A stretch of DNA of 64,000 bases, taken from positions 312-64,311 of the forward strand of contig JACKET010000025.1 in assembly GCA_020632875.1 (NCBI GenBank). The letters are read 5' to 3'. Both the position numbers and the translations under genes were made by a program. Source of the stretch: Alphaproteobacteria bacterium. GTDB taxonomy: Bacteria > Myxococcota_A > UBA796 > GCA-2862545. Below, in pieces: positions 7,635 to 15,398 of this stretch; the first letter of the stretch is position 1; each line of letters opens with the position of its first letter. The notes under the pieces were generated by a model that was given only the letters and a program-made list of their open reading frames with translations, was not told the origin of the DNA and made no database searches.

Positions 7635-10024
7635 AGGGTCTCCAGGAACGCCAGCAGCGCGGCCTTCTCGGGGCCGGACAGCGCTTCGAACGCGTCGCGG
7701 ACGGTGACGGCTTCGCCATCGTGCCCGAGGATCGCCGCGTCGAGCGTCTCGGCGCGCCCGTCGTGCAGGTACGGGGCGGTCTTCGAGATGCCCCACAGCG
7801 GCGCGGTGCGGAACTCCTCCATCGTGGCGCCGGCCTCTTCGATTCCGGCCGATCCGGGCGGGAGGATCGCGTGGAGCAGGAGGTCGGAGTACAGCGGCAC
7901 GTCGCCGTCGGGACCGGGGAGCGCCGGCACGTGGCAGCTCGCGCACCCGACGGAGGCGAACAGGCCCTCGCCCTGTGCGGCGAGCCCGGGATCGGCCGGA
8001 GTCTGCCGCGGGGGCGGGCCGAGCATCCGCAGGAAGCCGGCGACCTCTTCGGCGAAGGCGAGCCCCAGCTCGGGATCGGCGATCTCGTCGTTGTCCTGGA
8101 TGCGGCCGAACGTGAGGCCGGGCTGGTCGGTGAGCGTCATCCCGAGCTCCATCGCGACCGCGTCGCGGACGAACTCGGCGATGGACGGCACGCTGCCCTT
8201 CCACCCGAAGCGACCGAGGCGGCCGTCGTCCGTCCACGAGGGGCGGCCGGAGATGCCGTCGGCGTCGAGGTCGTCGGGATCGGCGTTGGCGAGGATGTCG
8301 GCCTCGTCGATCGCGTCGATCAGGCCGAGCCCGAAGACGTGTGGGGTCTGGCGCGGCTCGTACACGTTGACGCCCTCCTGGGCGCGGTTCGCGAGCTGAT
8401 CCGGCCGGCGGAGGCGGTGCAGGATGGTACCCACGGCGGGTGGCACGAACTCGCCCTGGCCGTTGAGGATGCCGTGCCGCATGACGTTGAGCCCGAGCGG
8501 ACCGGCGCCGCCGGGCACGGGCTCGAAGTGGCAGGCGCGGCAGCTGTCGCCGTTGAACCGGGGCCCGCCGAGGCCGTCCTGGAAGGCGAGCTCGGTGTCG
8601 AACGCCGTGCGGTCGCGGACGAAGTCGGCCGCCTCGGTGGCGTCGAGCGCACGCACCGGCCCGCCGTACTCGCCGACGGGCGGGACGGGGGCATCGGCCG
8701 GGATGAGGCCGGCGGAGGCCTGGCCGCGGCCGCCGAGCGACAGGAGGAACTCGCGGAGATCGGCCTGCCGGCCCTCCCCCATCGCGAGGTACCGGTCGCG
8801 GCTGGCGGACCCTTCGCCGCCGTGCATCTCGATGGCCTGGTGCAGCGTCTTCGCGCGCCCGTCGTGCAGGTAGGGCCCGACCGCGGCCACGCCCCAGAGC
8901 GGCTGGGTGCGGAACTCGGAGCCCGTCGCGTCTTTCTGCTGGAGGCCGTCGGCGAGCTCGGGCCCCATGTCGTGGAGCAGGAGGTCGGAGTACACGGGGA
9001 GCTTGCCGCGGGGGCTCGTGAGCCGCGGCGTGTGGCAGTCGAAGCAGCGCGCTTCGTTGAAGGCGTCGCGGCCGCGCGTGGTGACCTCGTTCAGCGGCTC
9101 GACCTCGGGCGCCGCGAGCAGCATGGCGTAGCTGACGAGGTCGAACAGGTCGTCGGTGGACATCTCGGGGTCGGGCGCGCCGTCTTCGTCGGTCAGCGGG
9201 CCGTCGGGCGCGGCGGCCTGGCCGAATCCGCGCAGCGCCTCGCCGAGCCGGAACAGGGCGCCGGTCTGGCCGCCCGAGCTGTCGACGGGGAGGAGGGCGC
9301 GCTGGGCGTCGCTGAGCGGGTCGGTCGTGACGCCGAGGTGGTTGAAGAGCGGGCCGCGGATGAAGCCCTCGATGCTGACGGTCTGCGACTTGCGGCCGAA
9401 CCGACCGACGAACCCGCGGTCGTAGTTCGCCTTGCCGCTGATGCCGTCGCCGTCGCTGTCGTCGGGGTCTGCCCGGCGGAGGATCTCGTCGTCGGTGATC
9501 TCGGCGAGCAGCCCCACGCCGAAGAACGGGATCGGGTTGCGCTGCGCGATGATCGTCGTCTCGTCGGGCACCTGGGGACGCGCGTCGAAGTCCTCGCCCA
9601 CGTAGTTGAGCCGGATGACGCCCCCGCCGTTCCCCGCGCTCTCGCCGGGCAGGAACGCGCCGTCGTTCGTGAGCCGGCCGGTCAGGAAGAAGCTGCGGTA
9701 CATGCCGGCGGAGCCGCCAGGCGTGGGCTTCTCGTGGCACGACAGGCAGAAGACCGTGTTGAACGCGGGCCCGAGGCCCTCGGTGACCGTGAAGCGGTGC
9801 TGCCCCACGGCGAGCCCGCGCTCGAAGGTCGCGAGCTGCTCGGGTGTGGCGCTGGGACGGGGCTGGCCGAGGGGCGCCAGGATGCCGTCGGCGATGGGAC
9901 CGTGGTCGGTCCAGTCTTCTTCGACGTCGGTGTCGGTGTCGGTGTCCTCGTCCTTGTCCTTGCAGGACGCGAACAGCAGTGCGGCCGCGATGGCCGGCAG
10001 AATCAGGGCATTTCGCGTACCCAT
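7631..10024 (-). CDS. Tandem-duplicated di-heme oxidoreductase (two DUF1111 / putative peroxidase modules, four CxxCH), lipoprotein
   Basis: MGTRNALILPAIAAALLFASCKDKDEDTDTDTD opens the protein. Module 1 has CLSCH, CFDCH and VYSDLLLHDMG...YLHDGRAKTLHQAIEMHGGEG. Module 2 has CRACH, CASCH and LYSDLLLH...YLHDGRAETLDAAILGHDGEA. Confidence 0.85.
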   Translation of the reverse strand: MGTRNALILPAIAAALLFASCKDKDEDTDTDTDVEEDWTDHGPIADGILAPLGQPRPSATPEQLATFERGLAVGQHRFTVTEGLGPAFNTVFCLSCHEKPTPGGSAGMYRSFFLTGRLTNDGAFLPGESAGNGGGVIRLNYVGEDFDARPQVPDETTIIAQRNPIPFFGVGLLAEITDDEILRRADPDDSDGDGISGKANYDRGFVGRFGRKSQTVSIEGFIRGPLFNHLGVTTDPLSDAQRALLPVDSSGGQTGALFRLGEALRGFGQAAAPDGPLTDEDGAPDPEMSTDDLFDLVSYAMLLAAPEVEPLNEVTTRGRDAFNEARCFDCHTPRLTSPRGKLPVYSDLLLHDMGPELADGLQQKDATGSEFRTQPLWGVAAVGPYLHDGRAKTLHQAIEMHGGEGSASRDRYLAMGEGRQADLREFLLSLGGRGQASAGLIPADAPVPPVGEYGGPVRALDATEAADFVRDRTAFDTELAFQDGLGGPRFNGDSCRACHFEPVPGGAGPLGLNVMRHGILNGQGEFVPPAVGTILHRLRRPDQLANRAQEGVNVYEPRQTPHVFGLGLIDAIDEADILANADPDDLDADGISGRPSWTDDGRLGRFGWKGSVPSIAEFVRDAVAMELGMTLTDQPGLTFGRIQDNDEIADPELGLAFAEEVAGFLRMLGPPPRQTPADPGLAAQGEGLFASVGCASCHVPALPGPDGDVPLYSDLLLHAILPPGSAGIEEAGATMEEFRTAPLWGISKTAPYLHDGRAETLDAAILGHDGEAVTVRDAFEALSGPEKAALLAFLETL

Positions 10025-10974
10025 GCCATCCCCTTGTCGTACGGCGGCTGGAACGTGCCACCCACCCCATATGTGCGCCCCGCGCCGTCGGACCACATCG
10101 CGTGGATGTCGGCCTGGGTGTCGGCGGCGCCGGTCTCCTGGACGAGCGCGCCGCCCTCCCATCGCCCGACGAAGCCGTACTGCCCCCCGACCAGCACGTC
10201 GCCGTCGATCACCGAAACGGCGTTGAGCCCCGGGTAGCCCGCAGGCGCCTCGGTGTTCCACGCCTGCCCGTCGAGCTCGGCGACACGGGCACCCGAGCGC
10301 CCGCCCACGGCGAAGATGCCGTCGTCGGGGGTGCCCCAGAGCGAGACGAAGTCCTGATCGGCGGACGGGCCCGTCGACATCTGGGACCACTGTGTGCCGT
10401 CCCACTCGATGATCAGGCCGCCCTGGCCGACCGAGAACACGCGCCCGGCCATGCCCCACACCTTGAACATCGACTTCGCGCCGCGGTCGTTCTGGGACGG
10501 TTCGAGCGGGACCGGCGTGAAGCCCGTGCCATCCCAGTGGAGGAGCAGCGGATCGCCGACGGCCACGTCGCCCCCGACGACCCACATGTCGTCGGGACCC
10601 GCGCCCCAGACGCCCCACAGCGCTTCGGTCGTGCCCGCGTCGCGAACCTCCCAGCTCGATCCGTCGAAGTGGACCACCGCGCCGTCGACGCCCACGGACC
10701 ACACGTCGTTCGGGCCGAAGCCGTAGACCCAGACGAGCAGGGGCACGCCGCCAGGCAGGGCGACGGGGCTCCATTCGGTGCCGTTCCAGTGCGTGATGGT
10801 GCCTTCGTCGGGCGTGCCGCCGACCACGTACACGTCCGCCGGACCCGAGCCCCAGACGCCCGACTGGTCGCCGCGATCGGAGGCATCGAACGCCACGGAC
10901 CAGGATGGACCGGGCGGATCGGTGTCCGTGTCGTCGGTGTCCTTGCAGGCCATCAACAGGAACGCGACCAGCAT
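10003..10974 (-). CDS. Beta-propeller-like lipoprotein (repeated VWG..DVW.VG blades)
   Basis: MLVAFLLMACKDTDDTDTD forms a lipobox and DT linker. Recurring units include SGVWGSGPADVYVVGG, VYGFGPNDVWSVG, WGVWGAGPDDMWVVGG, FKVWGMAGRVFSVG and SLWGTPDDGIFAVGG. Confidence 0.7.
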   Translation of the reverse strand: MLVAFLLMACKDTDDTDTDPPGPSWSVAFDASDRGDQSGVWGSGPADVYVVGGTPDEGTITHWNGTEWSPVALPGGVPLLVWVYGFGPNDVWSVGVDGAVVHFDGSSWEVRDAGTTEALWGVWGAGPDDMWVVGGDVAVGDPLLLHWDGTGFTPVPLEPSQNDRGAKSMFKVWGMAGRVFSVGQGGLIIEWDGTQWSQMSTGPSADQDFVSLWGTPDDGIFAVGGRSGARVAELDGQAWNTEAPAGYPGLNAVSVIDGDVLVGGQYGFVGRWEGGALVQETGAADTQADIHAMWSDGAGRTYGVGGTFQPPYDKGMAWVREMP

Positions 10975-11018
10975 CCGTCCTCCGGAGCGCCATTGTGCCA
11001 CCCCGATCCGCGGCTGTC

Positions 11019-12161
11019 TCACGGCTCGGGCGTGAACAGGCGCACCGATCGTTGCACCCCCCGGAGCGCGTGCGACCCGAGGTCGACGAGACCCTCCTCC
11101 GACCCCAGCAGATCGACGAATGCGTCGGACAGCACGAGCGGAGCGAGCTCCTTCGTGAGCTTCTCGAGCCGCGCTGCTTCGTTCACCGGGCGCCCGATCA
11201 CCGTGAAGTCGATGCGCGCCCGCGAGCCGATGTTGCCGTAGGCCACCTCGCCCGCGTGCAGGACGTAGCCCATCGCCAGCGGAAGCCGCCCTTCCGGCAG
11301 GGCCGCGGAGCGCTCCGCCAGGCGCACGAACGAGTCGCGCGCGGCATCGAGTGCCAGCCGGGCCACGCCGGCCGGGTCGTCCCCGACGGGGAAGATGCCG
11401 AGCACCGCGTCGCCGATGAACTTGAGCACCTCGCCCCCGCGCTCGACCCAGGGCTCTGCGACGCACTCGAAGTAGGCATCGAGATCCTCGAGCACCTCTT
11501 CGAGCGGCCGGTGGTCGACGCGCTCGGTGAAGCCGCGCAGATCGCACGTGAACACGATGGTCTGGATGCGCTGGCCCACGGCGCGGCGGTATTCGCCGTG
11601 CAGCACGCGCTGGGCCACGTTCTGGCCGAGGTAGGCGCGCAGCAGGGAGCGGTTGATGTGCCGCGTGGTCGAGAGCTCGAGACGCAGCGAGAGCACCCGC
11701 CGGATGCCGAGGAGCAGCGCCAGGTGCGCCTCCTCGAACCCACCCGGTGCCTTCGTGGTCACCGAGAACATCTGATCGCGCCGGCCGGGGAGCCGCATGA
11801 TGAGGTAGTCGGTGGCGCCCTGCTCGCGGAAACGCTCGAGCAGCGCGTAGCGAGACTGCGCATCCAGTCGGATGCGGAGCGCGTCCTCCGAGCTCTCCCT
11901 CAAGGCGTTCACGGGCGACACGAGCAGCTCGGGCATCATCCGACCGAAGTCGACGTCCTCGGTGCGAACGCCATCCTCGGCGGTCCACCAGATGCTCACC
12001 ACCGCGACGTCGGGGTGCATCGTCATGATGGCGGTCGAGATCCGCCAGACGGGGACGTGCTGCAGGAGCCGATCCGCGAGGGCCTCGACCAGCTCGTCGG
12101 ACCGCAACAGCCGGCTCTCCTCCGACACGAGCCAGTCCACGATCGCTGCCGCTGCATCCAT
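11019..12161 (-). CDS. Class III adenylate/guanylate cyclase with an uncharacterised N-terminal domain
   Basis: The C-terminal half reads IVFTCDLRGFTE...KFIGDAVLGIFP...GEVAYGNIGSRARIDFTVIGRPVNEAARLE, which are cyclase catalytic motifs. Confidence 0.85.
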   Translation of the reverse strand: MDAAAAIVDWLVSEESRLLRSDELVEALADRLLQHVPVWRISTAIMTMHPDVAVVSIWWTAEDGVRTEDVDFGRMMPELLVSPVNALRESSEDALRIRLDAQSRYALLERFREQGATDYLIMRLPGRRDQMFSVTTKAPGGFEEAHLALLLGIRRVLSLRLELSTTRHINRSLLRAYLGQNVAQRVLHGEYRRAVGQRIQTIVFTCDLRGFTERVDHRPLEEVLEDLDAYFECVAEPWVERGGEVLKFIGDAVLGIFPVGDDPAGVARLALDAARDSFVRLAERSAALPEGRLPLAMGYVLHAGEVAYGNIGSRARIDFTVIGRPVNEAARLEKLTKELAPLVLSDAFVDLLGSEEGLVDLGSHALRGVQRSVRLFTPEP

Positions 12162-12170
12162 GCCCGGAGC

Positions 12171-13049
12171 CTACCGCGCGGCGCGGAACGGCTCGACCCG
12201 GAAGGCCTCGACGAGGTGGTCGATCACGACCCTGAGCCGCGGCACGTCCTGACGGCCGGCCCGGCACACCAGGTGGATCGCGGGCCCCTCGCCCTCCCAC
12301 CGCTCGAGCACCGGCACGAGCCTCCCCTCGCGCACGGCCTCGTCGGCGACGAAGTCGAAGACGCGGATCACGCCCACCCCCGCCACCGCGGCCTGCACGA
12401 GCGCATTGCCGTCGCCGATGCGGAGGGACGTGGGCACGGCGACCCCGTCGAGGTCCCACTCCGTGACGCGCCCGTGTGGACCGAGGAACTTGAGGCACCG
12501 GTGCGCGACGAGATCCGCCGGGCGCTTCAGCTCGGGCGCCCGGGCCAGGTAGGCGGGCGCGGCGACCGTGACCCAGCGGCAGGTCGCGAGCCGGCGGGCC
12601 ACGAGCGCCGAGTCGTCGAGCGAGCCCATGCGCACCGCGAGATCCGCCTCGTCGGCCGCGAGGCTCAGGTAGTCGTCGGTGAACGTGCAGGTCACGTCGA
12701 GCTCGGGGTGCCGGTCGAGCAGCCGGCCCAGCGCGGCCCCCACGCGCATCCCGAGCACCGGCGACGCCGTGATGCGCACCTCGCCCCGCACGGCGCCGCT
12801 GCTCGCCTGGATGCGGTCGCGCCCGGCCTGCAGGGCGTCGAGTGCGACGCGGCAGTGCTCGAGCCACACCTCGCCTTCCGCGGTGAGGCCCACGCGGCGC
12901 GAGGTGCGTTCGAGCAGTTGCACGCCGAGCTCCTCCTCGAGCCGCGCCACGGCCTTGCTGATCGCGGCGGGCGAGACGCCCAGCCGGCGCGCAGCCGCAG
13001 AGAAGCTCGCCAGCTCGGCCGTGTGCACGAAGGGCTCGACGTTCAACAT
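12171..13049 (-). CDS. LysR-family transcriptional regulator
   Basis: FVHTAELASFSAAARRLGVSPAAISKAVARLEEELGVQLLERTSRRVGLT is the HTH, followed by a LysR substrate-binding region. It ends 9 nt upstream of the cyclase gene and is divergent from 13173. Confidence 0.9.
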   Translation of the reverse strand: MLNVEPFVHTAELASFSAAARRLGVSPAAISKAVARLEEELGVQLLERTSRRVGLTAEGEVWLEHCRVALDALQAGRDRIQASSGAVRGEVRITASPVLGMRVGAALGRLLDRHPELDVTCTFTDDYLSLAADEADLAVRMGSLDDSALVARRLATCRWVTVAAPAYLARAPELKRPADLVAHRCLKFLGPHGRVTEWDLDGVAVPTSLRIGDGNALVQAAVAGVGVIRVFDFVADEAVREGRLVPVLERWEGEGPAIHLVCRAGRQDVPRLRVVIDHLVEAFRVEPFRAAR

Positions 13050-13172
13050 GGCGCCATGGCTCCGCTCCGGGTCTCCCGATCATCTACCACAGGTTGATGA
13101 TTGCATGACGCGGCCCCGCATTGTTGAGCCACACGGCCCACCCTAGATTCGGAACGTCACCTGGAGGTCCCC

Positions 13173-13817
13173 ATGAAGATCGCAGTCCTCGGCACCGGAG
13201 ATGTCGGACAGATGCTCGCCAACCGCCTGCTCACGCAGGGGCATGCCGTGCGGCTCGGCTCGCGCAGCACGACCAACGACAAGGCGCAGGCCTGGGCGGC
13301 CGCTGCGAGCGGCGACGCCGGCGTGGCGACGTTCGCGGACGCGGCGGGCTGGGCGGATCTCGTCATCCTCGCGGTGTCGGGCGTGCACGCGCTGTCGGTC
13401 GTCGATGCGGCGAGCGCCGGGCTCGACGGCAAGGTCGTCGTCGACCTGACCAACCCGCTCGACTTCAGCAAGGGCTTCCCGCCCACGCTGTTCGTGAGCA
13501 ACGACGACAGCCTCGGCGAGCAGATCCAGCGGGCCGTGCCGGGCGCGAAGGTCGTGAAGACGCTCAACACGCTCGCGAATCCGCTGATGCTGAACCCGGC
13601 GCTCCTGTCCGAGCCGACCGACATCCTGCTGTGCGGCGACGACGCCGGCGCGAAGGGCACGGTCGTCGAGCTGCTCCAGTCCTTCGGCTGGGCCTCGCCC
13701 ATCGACCTCGGCGACATCACGAACAGCCGCGGCCTCGAAGCGTGGCTGCCCCTGTGGGTGCGGTTGTTCGGCGCGCTCGGCACGCCGATGTTCAACCTGA
13801 AGCTGGTGCGCCAGTAG
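13173..13817 (+). CDS. NADP oxidoreductase, coenzyme F420-dependent family (NpdG-like)
   Basis: MKIAVLGTGDVGQMLANRL is a Rossmann fold. LCGDDAGAKGTVVELLQSFGW is typical of this family. Confidence 0.75.
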   Translation: MKIAVLGTGDVGQMLANRLLTQGHAVRLGSRSTTNDKAQAWAAAASGDAGVATFADAAGWADLVILAVSGVHALSVVDAASAGLDGKVVVDLTNPLDFSKGFPPTLFVSNDDSLGEQIQRAVPGAKVVKTLNTLANPLMLNPALLSEPTDILLCGDDAGAKGTVVELLQSFGWASPIDLGDITNSRGLEAWLPLWVRLFGALGTPMFNLKLVRQ

Positions 13818-13820
13818 GCG

Positions 13821-14618
13821 CTACCCGTCCATCCCGAAGAGCGCCTCGTCTTCGAGCGCCGTCGCGACGGCCTCGAGGACGTCGGAGCGCGTGACGATGC
13901 GGATGGCCCCGCCATCCTTGTCGAGCATCGGCAGGCACCCGATGTGCTCCTCGCTCATCCGCGACGCGGCCTTCTTCAGCGACGAGCCGCGCTCGACGGT
14001 CGACAGCTTCGACCCCATGTAGCGCTCGACCGCGGCGCTCTCGCCCTTCCAGCCGGACACCAGATCGCGCAGCGACACGACGCCCAGCGCGACGCCGTCG
14101 TCGGCGACGACGAGGTGCCGGATGCCGAGCGACTTCATCTTCGCGATGGCGTCTCTCGCGCTCGACGACGAGCGGACCGTCTGCACCGGGGTCGTCGACG
14201 CGTCGTCGACCGTGCGCGAGGCCGGCAGGATGGCGGGTGCCACGCGGACCACGTCGTGCTCGGACAGCACGCCCACCACGGCGCCGTCTTCGGTGACGAC
14301 CGCCGCGCCCTTCCCGCGCATCTCGCGCAGGGCCGTCGCGAGGTCGTCCTCGACGTCGACCACCACGGCGGGCTTCGCGACGTCGCCGGCCTTCTCGGGG
14401 CCGCCCGCGTCGAAGCGGAACCACAGGGCCCCGCCGTCGACCAGCACACCCGCGCCGAACACGCCGCCGTCGTCGACCAGACCCACGACCGTCGTGCCGT
14501 CGACCACGGGCAGGTGCCGGATGCCGAGATCCATCATCTTCACGGCGCAGTCGACCAGGCTCGCCTCGGAGCCCACGACGACCGGCTGGGAAGTCATCAC
14601 GTCGCGAACTCGATCCAT
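13821..14618 (-). CDS. CBS-domain protein (about four CBS repeats)
   Basis: The sequence begins MDRVRDVMTSQPVVV. Repeated GIRHLPVVD / GIRHLVVAD / GCLPMLD CBS signatures follow. Confidence 0.8.
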   Translation of the reverse strand: MDRVRDVMTSQPVVVGSEASLVDCAVKMMDLGIRHLPVVDGTTVVGLVDDGGVFGAGVLVDGGALWFRFDAGGPEKAGDVAKPAVVVDVEDDLATALREMRGKGAAVVTEDGAVVGVLSEHDVVRVAPAILPASRTVDDASTTPVQTVRSSSSARDAIAKMKSLGIRHLVVADDGVALGVVSLRDLVSGWKGESAAVERYMGSKLSTVERGSSLKKAASRMSEEHIGCLPMLDKDGGAIRIVTRSDVLEAVATALEDEALFGMDG

Positions 14619-15337
14619 CAGGCCACCTCCGTGGTCGCGAGCACGGCGCGCATCAGGTCGACCCGCGTCGCGATGCCCGCGAGCATACCGTCCGGCTCGA
14701 GAATGGGAATGGCCCCGACCCGGTGCGCGACCATCATCCGCGCCACCTCGCGCAGCGGAGTGCTCCAGGCGGCCGTCCACGGCGGGCGCGTGACCAGCGT
14801 GCCCACGTTCGTGGCGCCGTCGCGACCCTCGAGATCCCGCCAGCTGAGCACGCCTTCGAGCGAGCCGTCGGCGCGCACCACCGGAAGGTGCCGCACCCAC
14901 TTGCGGGCGAGCAGGTCGAGGGCCTCGGCGACCGTCGTGTCGGGCCCGACCGTCTCGACGGGGACCGAAGCGACCGCCTCGACGGTGAGATCCGCGGGGA
15001 TCCGGTCTTCGGCCGCACGGACCGCGTCGTGCTCGGTGAACACCCCGACGAGCTCGCCGTCGGTGACCCAGATCGCGTCGTGGCGGGAGCCGCGGAGGCG
15101 CTGCAGCGCCTCGTCGAGGGTCGCGTCGACCGGCAGCACGAGCGCCGTGTGCAGCGCCAGGGAGCCCACCACCGCGGCCGGATCCGCACGTTGGAGGTCG
15201 GTCGTGTGGAGGTAGCCGCGCAGCTCGTCGTCGACGACGGCGAGGTGTCGGAACGACCCGATCCGCTCGAGAGCCTGCGCCACCGTCGCGGACGGGCTCA
15301 CCGCCACCGGGTCGGGGGTCATCCATTGAGAGAGCAT
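14618..15337 (-). CDS. CBS-domain protein (about four CBS repeats)
   Basis: The sequence begins MLSQWMTPDPVAV. It contains FRHLAVVDD, VRHLPVVRADGSLEGVLSWRDL and VGAIPILEPDG. The stop overlaps the next start (TGATG). Confidence 0.8.
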   Translation of the reverse strand: MLSQWMTPDPVAVSPSATVAQALERIGSFRHLAVVDDELRGYLHTTDLQRADPAAVVGSLALHTALVLPVDATLDEALQRLRGSRHDAIWVTDGELVGVFTEHDAVRAAEDRIPADLTVEAVASVPVETVGPDTTVAEALDLLARKWVRHLPVVRADGSLEGVLSWRDLEGRDGATNVGTLVTRPPWTAAWSTPLREVARMMVAHRVGAIPILEPDGMLAGIATRVDLMRAVLATTEVA

Positions 15338-15398
15338 CCGGGCCTCCAGCTCGACGTGAATCCCTACTACACACGGAGCCCGGAGGATAGCCGGGGCC

